Part shown: piece after piece, positions 15,671-23,735 of the stretch
How positions within the stretch are numbered: the first letter of the stretch is position 1
Layout of the letters: the number at the start of each line of letters is the position of its first letter
Assembly: GCA_045587985.1 (NCBI GenBank)
Contig: JAZNDG010000067.1
Span: forward strand, 22,126-86,125
Reading direction: 5' to 3'
Length of the DNA: 64,000 nucleotides
DNA from: Eubacteriales bacterium
GTDB taxonomy: Bacteria; Bacillota; Clostridia; Oscillospirales; CAG-272
Program-made: the position numbers and the translations under genes
Notes under the pieces: model-generated
Databases searched by the model: none
Told to the model about the DNA's origin: nothing
What the model saw: only the letters and a program-made list of their open reading frames with translations

Positions 15671-15852
15671 GCGCTTTTATTCCTTTCACGGTTTCTATCC
15701 CCTATTCTTGCCAAGCGGGACAGCTTTATGCAAAAGGGGAGCAAAAAGTTTCTTTTTAAGGGGGGAAGTGGCGTATAACCCCGCGCAGGATGGCCGTTTT
15801 CTCTCCTTTTTCGGCTCTTTTTTAAAAAAAGAGGAAAATTTTCAAAACCCCC

Positions 15853-15881
15853 TTGACATTTGCTTTCAATATGGGTATAAT
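15853..15881 (+). promoter_or_regulatory. Promoter of tRNA-Lys
   Basis: TTGACA (15853-15858), 17 nt, TATAAT (15876-15881): perfect consensus. Confidence 0.7.
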
Positions 15882-15908
15882 ATATCCCGTCAGCCAAAAT
15901 AACGCAAT

Positions 15909-15984
15909 GCACCCTTAGCTCAGTTGGTAGAGCAACTGACTCTTAATCAGTGGGTCCAGGGTTCGAGTCCCTGAGGGTGCACCA
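15909..15984 (+). tRNA. tRNA-Lys (anticodon CUU)
   Basis: GCACCCTTAGCTCAGTTGGTAGAGCAACTGACTCTTAATCAGTGGGTCCAGGGTTCGAGTCCCTGAGGGTGCACCA. The acceptor stem is GCACCCT/AGGGTGC, the anticodon loop is CTCTTAA, and CCA is encoded. A terminator hairpin follows at ~15990-16020. Confidence 0.95.
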
Positions 15985-16157
15985 ATCAAAAAAGGATAAC
16001 CTTTGCGGTTATCCTTTTTTGATTTATGACGTGCAGAAGAAGGGGCTCGAACAGGCGCGGGGGTGAATGACAGTCCGGGGGACTGTCCGAGCCGCGCCCG
16101 ACCAAGGGGCGGAGAAAAGGCGAAATTCACTCGCCTTTTCTGTGGCCGCCCTGCGAC

Positions 16158-16178
16158 CGAGTCCCTGAGGGTGCACCA
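16158..16178 (+). repeat. 21-bp direct copy of the tRNA-Lys 3' end (att-like scar)
   Basis: CGAGTCCCTGAGGGTGCACCA at 16158-16178 is identical to 15964-15984. It also has its own terminator hairpin after it (GCAAAAGGCAGGTC-GCAA-GACCTGCCTTTTGC). Confidence 0.9.
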
Positions 16179-16366
16179 AAGCAAAAGGCAGGTCGCAAGA
16201 CCTGCCTTTTGCTTTGGCGTGGTCGCTACGCTCGCCGGCCGATCTGCGGCCGGGTTCCGTATAATGCTCCGCCCTTCATTCCATACGGCACTCTGTGCCG
16301 ATTCCATCCACGGCTCACGCCGTGATGAGGAGAGAACAAAAAAGCAGGTCATGCGACCTGCTTTTT

Positions 16367-17254
16367 TTATTCACCGAACAGCTCCTTGTGCTCCTTGTCA
16401 ATCTCGTCAAAATGCTTTTTAAAGCAGGCATAGAAGCCCTCGCTCTTTTCGGTAATATAGGGGGTATCGGGCGGGCCCATTTTTTCAAGCTCGGCAAGGC
16501 GGTAGGCGCCGTTTACGTGCCAGCCCTCAAGAAAGCCGATCCTGATCGCATCACGCGGGCAGAGGAAGGAGCAGCGCATACACATATCGCAGTGGTGGTG
16601 GAAGCGGATGGCCCCGTCCTTCAGGTAGATGTTCGCGTGCGGACAGTCCCGCACGCACTTCATGCATCCTATGCACTTCTCGGCATCCACCTTATAAAGG
16701 AAGGAATTGACGTTGCCCCCCACCTTCTGGATGCCCACAAAAAAGGCACCAAGGTTATAAAGCCGCTTGCTCTTGACGGTATGCAAAACACCGTTTGCAA
16801 GATTCTTCATCATCACGTCAAGGAGCCGCTTGTTATAGTAAAGGATCTCCCTGACGAAATCGTCCTCAAAGGGGAAGTGGATGTTATAGGGCATAACAAA
16901 GTGGTATTCCCCGGCGAAAACGCCGCCGCGCCGCCGCATAAGACGCAGCAGTGTGCGGCTGGAGGCATTGTTCATGCCAAAGGTCTCGCCGCTGTTCTTG
17001 TAAATAAAGTAGCGCTGCCTCCTCTTAAAGGAGAGCTTCTTTACATAGCGGTTAAAGGGCGCGGGTGAATTAAAGCCGTAAATGGGGTAGGAAAAGCCGA
17101 TCAGGTCATAGTCCGATACGTCCATGATGGGGGTTTCGGAGGTGATCTCAATGCGATCGACCGTGTCCCCCATAGCAAGAAAGCGCTCCTCGACCCTGTC
17201 CGAAAGATACCGTGTGTTATAGGTTCCCGTGTAATAGACAAGCAGGATCTTCAT
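16367..17254 (-). CDS. Flavodoxin-like / 2x[4Fe-4S] ferredoxin fusion (EFR1-like)
   Basis: 295 aa. The N-terminus MKILLVYYTGTYNTRY is flavodoxin-like. The two Cys clusters are CIGCMKCVRDCP and CDMCMRCSFLCP. Confidence 0.6.
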   Translation of the reverse strand: MKILLVYYTGTYNTRYLSDRVEERFLAMGDTVDRIEITSETPIMDVSDYDLIGFSYPIYGFNSPAPFNRYVKKLSFKRRQRYFIYKNSGETFGMNNASSRTLLRLMRRRGGVFAGEYHFVMPYNIHFPFEDDFVREILYYNKRLLDVMMKNLANGVLHTVKSKRLYNLGAFFVGIQKVGGNVNSFLYKVDAEKCIGCMKCVRDCPHANIYLKDGAIRFHHHCDMCMRCSFLCPRDAIRIGFLEGWHVNGAYRLAELEKMGPPDTPYITEKSEGFYACFKKHFDEIDKEHKELFGE

Positions 17255-18261
17255 AAGGTGACCATGCCGTTATCAACAAGGAACTTCACATGGTCAATGA
17301 CCGTTTCCTTAAGGGGGCGCGGATTGTAGCCGAACTCCTCCTTCACCTTTGCGAGCGGGAAGTTGGTGTCTGCCTTCAGGGAAGCAAGCGAGGCGCGGGT
17401 ATAAAGCGGGCGCGTGCCCTTCAGCTTGCAGGTGAGCCAGACGGTGGGCAGGCCGAGGTAGGCGGTCCAGAGCGGCACGATACGGGGGAGCTTCCTGCCG
17501 GTGTATTCGGCCACGTAGCCGAGAAGCTCTGCGATCTCATCCGGCTTGTTGGCAAAGAGATAGCTTTCACCCGCGCGCGCTTTTTCAATGATGGCGGGGA
17601 GCACGTCTGTAAAGTCGCGGATATCGAAATCGTTGTAGCCGCCGGTGGTCGAGGTGGTAAGATCCCCGTTGATAAAGTCAATGACCAGCTGTGTCATATG
17701 GGTGTTCGAGTAGTCGCCGGGGCCGAAAACGCCTGCAAGGAGAATCAAGGAGGCATCCAGCCCCTTCTCCCTCACCGCGCGCAAAACGGCCACATCGGCC
17801 TCGGACTTGGCACGGCTGTATCCGGCACGCGCCTTCTTGGGTGTCGGGATATAGCCCGAAAGGTCATCGCCAAGCTTCATGCCCTCGGGAATGGCCTCGG
17901 TCGAGGAGATGTGCAGGAATTTGACAGCGCCCTTCTCGGTGGCAAGCTCCAGCATGTTCTCGGTGCCGCCCACCGTCACGTCAAAGAGCTCCTTTTTGTT
18001 GCCCTCGCCGATGGTCACATAGGCCACCGTATGGATGACGACAAAGGGGCCGTCCCCCGCAAAGAGGGGCAGAAGAGATTCCTTGTCGCGGATATCGCCA
18101 TAGACGATCTCGGGTGCAGCGTCACCGAATACGCGCTTGACCTTTTCTTCACTTCTTGCAAGGCCGACCACGCGCCGCCCAAGCTCCATTAAGCGTTTTG
18201 TGATGGTGTTGCCGACATATCCTGTACAGCCGGTCACGATGTAGGTTGCATTTTCAAGCAT
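17251..18261 (-). CDS. NAD-dependent epimerase/dehydratase (extended SDR) family protein
   Basis: 336 aa. It has the Rossmann motif VTGCTGYVGN and the catalytic YSRAK (YxxxK). A 4-nt overlap links it to the downstream gene. Confidence 0.75.
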   Translation of the reverse strand: MLENATYIVTGCTGYVGNTITKRLMELGRRVVGLARSEEKVKRVFGDAAPEIVYGDIRDKESLLPLFAGDGPFVVIHTVAYVTIGEGNKKELFDVTVGGTENMLELATEKGAVKFLHISSTEAIPEGMKLGDDLSGYIPTPKKARAGYSRAKSEADVAVLRAVREKGLDASLILLAGVFGPGDYSNTHMTQLVIDFINGDLTTSTTGGYNDFDIRDFTDVLPAIIEKARAGESYLFANKPDEIAELLGYVAEYTGRKLPRIVPLWTAYLGLPTVWLTCKLKGTRPLYTRASLASLKADTNFPLAKVKEEFGYNPRPLKETVIDHVKFLVDNGMVTL

Positions 18262-18310
18262 GATAAAGTCCTCCCTAATGTTGATTGATTGTAATGTCGT
18301 TTTGTAAAAC

Positions 18311-18341
18311 GCAGAAAACCCCGCCCCGTTTTGGGGCGGGA
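18311..18341 (-). terminator. Intrinsic terminator of glyQS
   Basis: Minus strand: CCCGCCCC-AAAAC-GGGGCGGG followed by TTTTCTGCGTTTT. Confidence 0.75.
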
Positions 18342-18348
18342 GTGTTCT

Positions 18349-19746
18349 TTAGAAATCCATTCTCGCCTCGATGTAGGCGCGCACCTCGTTCATCGGGATG
18401 CGGACCTGCTCCATCGTGTCACGGTCACGCACGGTCACGCATTTGTCCTCAAGCGAATCAAAGTCAAAGGTGATGCAGAAGGGTGTGCCGATCTCGTCCT
18501 CGCGGCGGTAGCGCTTGCCGATCGAGCCGGCATCGTCAAAGTCAACGGCGAAATGCTTCGAAAGCTCGTCATAAAGCGGCAGGGCCGCCTCGGTGAGCTT
18601 CTTCGAGAGAGGCAGGACGGCCGCCTTCATCGGGGCGAGGGCGGGGTGCAGGTGCAATACGGTGCGCACATCCCCCTTCTCGGCATCGATGACCTCCTCG
18701 TCATAGGCATCGACAAGGAAGGCAAGCGTCACGCGGTCGGCACCCAGCGAGGGCTCGATGACGTAAGGCGTATAGTGCTCGTTGGTCTCGGGGTCGAAAT
18801 AATCCATCGTCTCGCCCGAATGCTTGGCATGCTGGGAGAGGTCGTAGTCGGTACGGTCGGCAATGCCCCAGAGCTCGCCCCAGCCGAAGGGGAAGAGATA
18901 CTCAAAGTCGGTGGTCGCCTTCGAGTAGAAGCAAAGCTCCTCGGGGTCGTGGTCACGCAGGCGGAGGTTCTCCTCACGCATGCCGAGGTTCAGAAGGAAC
19001 ATACGGCAGAATTCCTTCCAATAGGCAAACCACTCAAGGTCGGTGCCCGGCTTGCAGAAGAACTCAAGCTCCATCTGCTCAAATTCACGCGTGCGGAAGA
19101 TGAAGTTGCCGGGGGTGATCTCGTTGCGGAAGGATTTACCGATCTGCCCGATGCCGAAGGGGAGCTTGCGGCGGGTGGTACGGGCCACGTTCTTGAAGTT
19201 GACAAAGATTCCCTGCGCGGTCTCGGGGCGCAGATAAAGCTCGCTCGTTGCATCCTCGGTCACGCCCTGGAAGGTCTTGAACATGAGGTTGAACTTGCGG
19301 ATATCGGTAAAGTCGCGGCTGCCGCAGCCGGGGCAGACAATGCCCTTTTCGCGGATGTAGGTGGCCATCTCCTCGTTCGACATACCGGCGGGGTTGTCCG
19401 AAAGCCCCTCGGCCGCCACGTAATCCTCGATCAGCTTGTCGGCGCGGTGACGGGTCTTGCACACCTTGCAGTCCATCAGCGGGTCGGAGAAGCCGCCCAC
19501 GTGGCCGGAGGCCACCCACACCTGCGGGTTGACGATGATGGCGCTGTCAAGACCCACGTTGTAGCGGGATTCCTGCACGAACTTGCGCCACCAGGCACGC
19601 TTGATGTTGTTCTTGAACTCAACGCCGAGAGGGCCGAAGTCCCAGGAGTTGGCAAGACCGCCGTAGATCTCGGAGCCGGCAAAGATGAACCCGCGCGACT
19701 TGCAGAGTGCTACGACCTTTTCCATTGTCTTCTGTGTATTTTCCAT
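18349..19746 (-). CDS. glyQS: Glycine--tRNA ligase (alpha2-type GlyQS)
   Basis: 465 aa. The N-terminus [38 protein letters not shown] is the class II GlyRS signature. Confidence 0.9.
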   Translation of the reverse strand: MENTQKTMEKVVALCKSRGFIFAGSEIYGGLANSWDFGPLGVEFKNNIKRAWWRKFVQESRYNVGLDSAIIVNPQVWVASGHVGGFSDPLMDCKVCKTRHRADKLIEDYVAAEGLSDNPAGMSNEEMATYIREKGIVCPGCGSRDFTDIRKFNLMFKTFQGVTEDATSELYLRPETAQGIFVNFKNVARTTRRKLPFGIGQIGKSFRNEITPGNFIFRTREFEQMELEFFCKPGTDLEWFAYWKEFCRMFLLNLGMREENLRLRDHDPEELCFYSKATTDFEYLFPFGWGELWGIADRTDYDLSQHAKHSGETMDYFDPETNEHYTPYVIEPSLGADRVTLAFLVDAYDEEVIDAEKGDVRTVLHLHPALAPMKAAVLPLSKKLTEAALPLYDELSKHFAVDFDDAGSIGKRYRREDEIGTPFCITFDFDSLEDKCVTVRDRDTMEQVRIPMNEVRAYIEARMDF

Positions 19747-19772
19747 AACCTACACCTCTTTATGTCAATTTT

Positions 19773-21080
19773 TTATTCTTCGATTTTTGAAAGGATGCAT
19801 CCGTCCTCGATCCCGATGGGGATGCAGGAGAGGACCCTGCCGCCAAGGCGCCTTCCCGTTTTGACGCGTACGGGGAGGAAGGAGGGCGTGTGCCCGGTGG
19901 CGATCCCACCGCTTGCCGTTTCAAAGAGCACCGAAAGGGGCTCGCCGCTTGCTACCGCCCCACGGAGGATCTCTTCCCCCATTTGCCTTGCAAGCGAGGA
20001 AAGCTGTGCGCTTCTTTCGGCCTTTTCACATTCGGGGATCTGCCCCTCCATCGCGGCGGCCGGTGTGCCTGCACGGGGGGAATAGGCAAAGACATGCATC
20101 GAAAGGAAGCCTGCCTCCTCGCAAAAGCGCACCGTTTCCATAAAGTTTTCTTTACTCTCGCCCGGAAAGCCTACGATCACATCTGCCGTCAGCTGTACGC
20201 CGGGGATGGCTGCTTTCAGCTCCTTTATCGCATCCATTGCCATATCGGCATTGTAGCGGCGGCGCATGGAGGCAAGCACGGCGCTTGAGCCGCTTTGCAC
20301 CGAGAGGTGAAAATGGGGGGCAAGCCTTGTAAGGCGTGCTGCCCGCGGGATAAAATCACCCCGCAGGACCTCGGGCGTTAGGGAGCCGAGCCGAAACCGC
20401 TCGATCGGTAGGCGGTCCACCTCCTCAAGCAGGTCGATGAGCCGATAGCCGTCATGGCGGTCACGGCCGTAGGAGGCGGTTTCAATGCCGATCAGCACCA
20501 CCTCGCGCACGCCCCCCTCGGCAAGCCTTTTCACCTCGCAAAGGATCTCCTCCTTCGGGCGGGAGCGTACAGGGCCGCGCGCGGCGGGGATAGCGCAATA
20601 GGTGCAGTGGCAGTCACAGCCGTCCGCGATCTTCACGTAGGCACGGGTGCGTGGGGAGGAGGAAACCTCCATCGGCTCGTAGGCCTCACCATCAAGCCCC
20701 CTCACCGCGACCTCGGTATGTCCGTGCGGCCTTCCGAGAAGCGATTTTGCGACCGCAAGGGCGCGCATCTTATCGGCCGTGCCGCCCACATACGAAACGC
20801 CGGGCAGGTCGGATGCCGCATCCGGCGCGCTTTGCGCATAACAGCCGAGAAGCAAAATATGGGCGGAGGGATTCTGGCGGTGCAGCCGCCGCACCGCCTT
20901 GCGGCACTTGCGGTCTGCTTCCTCGGTCACCGTGCAGGTGTTGACCAGCACGATATCGGCATCCCTTTTGCACTCGGTAAATCCGTCAAGAAGGAAGGCC
21001 TCACGGAGCGCCTCAATCTCATACTGCGACACCTTGCAGCCGAGTGCGGCAAAAGAAACAGACGGTTGTTTCTTTTCCAT
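19773..21080 (-). CDS. mtaB: tRNA t6A37 methylthiotransferase MtaB (radical SAM)
   Basis: It has GCKVSQYE in the N-terminal domain, the radical-SAM motif CDCHCTYC and a C-terminal TRAM-like region. I chose the start at the second ATG (MEKKQP) because GGGAGGA lies 6 nt upstream of it. Confidence 0.8.
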   Translation of the reverse strand: MEKKQPSVSFAALGCKVSQYEIEALREAFLLDGFTECKRDADIVLVNTCTVTEEADRKCRKAVRRLHRQNPSAHILLLGCYAQSAPDAASDLPGVSYVGGTADKMRALAVAKSLLGRPHGHTEVAVRGLDGEAYEPMEVSSSPRTRAYVKIADGCDCHCTYCAIPAARGPVRSRPKEEILCEVKRLAEGGVREVVLIGIETASYGRDRHDGYRLIDLLEEVDRLPIERFRLGSLTPEVLRGDFIPRAARLTRLAPHFHLSVQSGSSAVLASMRRRYNADMAMDAIKELKAAIPGVQLTADVIVGFPGESKENFMETVRFCEEAGFLSMHVFAYSPRAGTPAAAMEGQIPECEKAERSAQLSSLARQMGEEILRGAVASGEPLSVLFETASGGIATGHTPSFLPVRVKTGRRLGGRVLSCIPIGIEDGCILSKIEE

Positions 21081-21239
21081 GGCGAATCCTCCCATACATC
21101 GTTACCGCAAAATTATAGCACATATTTAAATAAAAGTAAAGAGGTTCGGCGATTTTCTTCGAAAGTGAGAGGAGGAGGTGAGCCTGCCCTTGACTTTTCG
21201 GCTCTGTTTGCTATAATGAAAGAAAAAAGGAGGGGACGG

Positions 21240-22523
21240 ATGGAAAAGGAAAATCCGCATAAGAACCATCGCGCAAGGCTCAGGGCGCGCTTTCTTTCAT
21301 CGGGGCTTCTTGATTTTGCGCCGCATAACGTGCTTGAGCTCCTTCTTTTTTATGCGCTTCCAAGGCGGGACACCAATCCGCTTGCCCACGCGCTTCTTTC
21401 CCGCTTCGGTACGGTGGATGCCGTGCTTTCGGCAGAGCGCGCGGCCCTTCTTTCGGTCAAGGGGGTAGGGGAGGGGACTGCCGCCTTCTTCGAGGTCTTC
21501 TCATCGGTCAGCGCGCATGCGCTCCGCCACCGCAAAAAGCGGCTCTCTCTTGATACGGCCGACCGCCTGGGCAGCTATTTCGATATGCTTCTTTCGGATG
21601 CCCGGGATGCAGAGGCCGCCGTCCTTTACCTTGATAACGACCTCGGTCTGATCGGGGAGCGCCGTCTGATCGGTCTTTCGGCCCATTCAAGCCGCCTTTC
21701 CCCCGAGAGGATCGTGGAGGAGGCACTCCTTCGCCGTGCGCCGATCGCCGCCTTTGCCCATACGCATCGGGACGGGCTTTTGCTCCCCTCGGCCGAGGAT
21801 CTTGACCTCAGCCGCCTTTTGCGCAATTCCCTGGAGGCGGCCGGCGTTTCGCTGCTTGAGCACTTTCTTGTCGGCGGTGGCCGCTACACCACCCTTCTTC
21901 ACCGCCATAGCGGGGTATGCGGCAAAAGGCTCCTTGCCCCGCCCGAGGAGAGCGAAGGGGAGAAAGCGCTTCTTTCCTCCCTCCTTTGCGCCGCCAACCT
22001 TCAGGATACCGCCGCATCGCTTCTTTCCTCGTACGGCAGCCTTTCGGAGCTTGCGGCGGCACCCTATGCGCGCCATCTTTACGAGGGAGTGGATGCGCGC
22101 ACCGCCGCCCTTCTTTTGCTGATCGGCGCCGTCAACACGTACAGAATGCGGGAGCGGCCTGTCCCTCCCCCGGCGGATAAGGCCGCGCTCGGCCGGTATC
22201 TTTCGGATTATTTCTGCGGGATGGGAGAGGAGAGGCTTCTTGCCCTTTTCTTCGATAAAAGGGGAAAGCACATTGCAACGCATACGCTTTCCGAGGGGAG
22301 TGTCGGCGAGGCACCCTTCTCCTCGCGCAGGCTGACCGAGACCGCCCTTTTCTCGGGGGCCGCATCGGCTGTGCTGGCCCATAACCACCCGGACGGATCG
22401 GCCCTCCCCTCGGATGAGGATAGGGGCGTCACAGCGCTTGCCGCCGGCGCGCTTTCGGGCGCGGGTGTAGAGCTTATTTGCCATTATATTGTCGCAGAGG
22501 ACGGCGTTTTCTCGATATTGTAA
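21240..22523 (+). CDS. radC: Internally duplicated RadC-like (JAB/MPN) protein
   Basis: 427 aa from the ATG after AAGGAGG. The upstream part of track ORF 20454-22523 is antisense to mtaB. Two complete RadC modules are present. Each has an HhH-like N-terminal part and a JAMM motif: AHTHRDGLLLPSAEDLDLS in module 1 and AHNHPDGSALPSDEDRGVT in module 2. Confidence 0.75.
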   Translation: MEKENPHKNHRARLRARFLSSGLLDFAPHNVLELLLFYALPRRDTNPLAHALLSRFGTVDAVLSAERAALLSVKGVGEGTAAFFEVFSSVSAHALRHRKKRLSLDTADRLGSYFDMLLSDARDAEAAVLYLDNDLGLIGERRLIGLSAHSSRLSPERIVEEALLRRAPIAAFAHTHRDGLLLPSAEDLDLSRLLRNSLEAAGVSLLEHFLVGGGRYTTLLHRHSGVCGKRLLAPPEESEGEKALLSSLLCAANLQDTAASLLSSYGSLSELAAAPYARHLYEGVDARTAALLLLIGAVNTYRMRERPVPPPADKAALGRYLSDYFCGMGEERLLALFFDKRGKHIATHTLSEGSVGEAPFSSRRLTETALFSGAASAVLAHNHPDGSALPSDEDRGVTALAAGALSGAGVELICHYIVAEDGVFSIL

Positions 22524-22598
22524 ACAGAACGTTACAAATCGGGATAGCGCCTCCTCCTTTCTCTTTTGGGGGAATGTGAAAAAAGTTCGGATATCCCC

Positions 22599-22627
22599 TT
22601 GCAAAACGGCCGCTTTTATGCTATATT
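22599..22627 (+). promoter_or_regulatory. Promoter of pheST
   Basis: TTGCAA (22599-22604), 17 nt, TATATT (22622-22627). This leaves only a ~60-nt leader. Confidence 0.55.
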
Positions 22628-22692
22628 TGAATATGTTTGCAGCATTATAACGGGTGTGCGCGCTATCGCGCCCGCCCCGAAAGGAAAAGGAC

Positions 22693-23721
22693 ATGAAAGA
22701 AAAGATTGAACTTTTGCGCCGCGAGCTTGCGGGGCGTCTTGCCGCCGCTCCCGATGCATCCGCTCTTGAGGAGATCCGGGTTGCCTTCCTCGGTAAGCGC
22801 GGCTCGATCACCGAGCTTCTGAAGGGCCTGCGCGATCTTACGCCGGAGGAAAAGCGTGAGGCGGGCCTCTCCATCAATGCCTTTAAGGCAGAGGCAGAGG
22901 AGGCCATCACGGCCGCCGCCGAGGAGAAGAAGGCGGCCGCCCTTGCCGAAAGCCTCCGCTCGGCCAAGCATTATAATCCCACCCTCCCCCGCCTTCGCAA
23001 GGTCGGGTCCTACCACCCCATCACGCTTGTACGCCGCTCGCTTGAGCGCATCTTTGCGGGGATGGGCTTCACGGTCGAGGATTACCAGGAGATCGTGAAC
23101 GATTACCAGTGCTTTGAGTCGCTCAATATTCCGAAGCATCATCCGGCAAGAGATATGCAGGACACCTACTATCTTGAGAACGGTCAGCTTCTGAAGACCC
23201 AGACCTCGGCGGCCCAGAATGCCATTATGAAGAAATACGGCGCGCCCTTGCGTGCCATCTTCCCCGGCCGCTGCTTCCGCAATGAGGCGACAGATGCCTG
23301 CCATGAGAACACCTTCTTCCAGATGGAGGGCATGATGATCGACAAGAACATCTCGATCTCTAACCTCATCTACTTTATGAAGACCATGCTTTCGGAGGTC
23401 TTTGCAAAGCCGATCAACGTCCGTCTGCGCCCCGGCTTTTTCCCGTTTACCGAGCCGGGCTTTGAGCTGGATATCAGCTGTCTTATCTGCGGCGGCAAGG
23501 GCTGTCCCTCCTGCAAGAACAGCGGCTGGCTTGAGCTTTGCCCCTGCGGCATGATCCACCCGAACGTGCTCCGTGAGGGTGGCATCGATCCCGATGAATA
23601 TACCGGCTTTGCCTTCGGTCTTGGGCTTACCCGCCTTGCCATGATGAAGTACGGTGTCAAGGATATCCGCGATTTCAATTCGGGCAGTCTTGCGGCGCTT
23701 TCGCAGTTCGTGAGTGAATAA
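22693..23721 (+). CDS. pheS: Phenylalanine--tRNA ligase alpha subunit
   Basis: The start MKEKIELLRRE was chosen on context. The class II motifs HPARDMQDTYY and FRNEATDACHENTFFQMEG are present. Confidence 0.9.
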   Translation: MKEKIELLRRELAGRLAAAPDASALEEIRVAFLGKRGSITELLKGLRDLTPEEKREAGLSINAFKAEAEEAITAAAEEKKAAALAESLRSAKHYNPTLPRLRKVGSYHPITLVRRSLERIFAGMGFTVEDYQEIVNDYQCFESLNIPKHHPARDMQDTYYLENGQLLKTQTSAAQNAIMKKYGAPLRAIFPGRCFRNEATDACHENTFFQMEGMMIDKNISISNLIYFMKTMLSEVFAKPINVRLRPGFFPFTEPGFELDISCLICGGKGCPSCKNSGWLELCPCGMIHPNVLREGGIDPDEYTGFAFGLGLTRLAMMKYGVKDIRDFNSGSLAALSQFVSE

Positions 23722-23735
23722 GGAGGGGTCTTACT

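Noticed and set aside
15915-16352. 145-aa minus-strand ORF and 119-aa plus-strand ORF (16063-16422) next to tRNA-Lys.
   Set aside because: They overlap the tRNA gene, its duplicated 3' end and three terminator hairpins. They have no RBS, and their translations are Arg/Pro/Ser-rich noise.
20454-21239. N-terminal 262 codons of the 689-aa track ORF that ends as radC.
   Set aside because: This part is antisense to mtaB and crosses the intergenic promoter region. A strong AAGGAGG RBS precedes the ATG at 21240, where RadC homology begins.
22524-22692. Expected T-box leader upstream of pheS, and likewise upstream of glyQS at 19747-19772.
   Set aside because: The pheS leader downstream of the best promoter is only ~60 nt. 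glyQS starts 26 nt after mtaB. Neither interval can hold a ~200-nt T-box, and I saw no T-box consensus. I therefore call no riboswitch.
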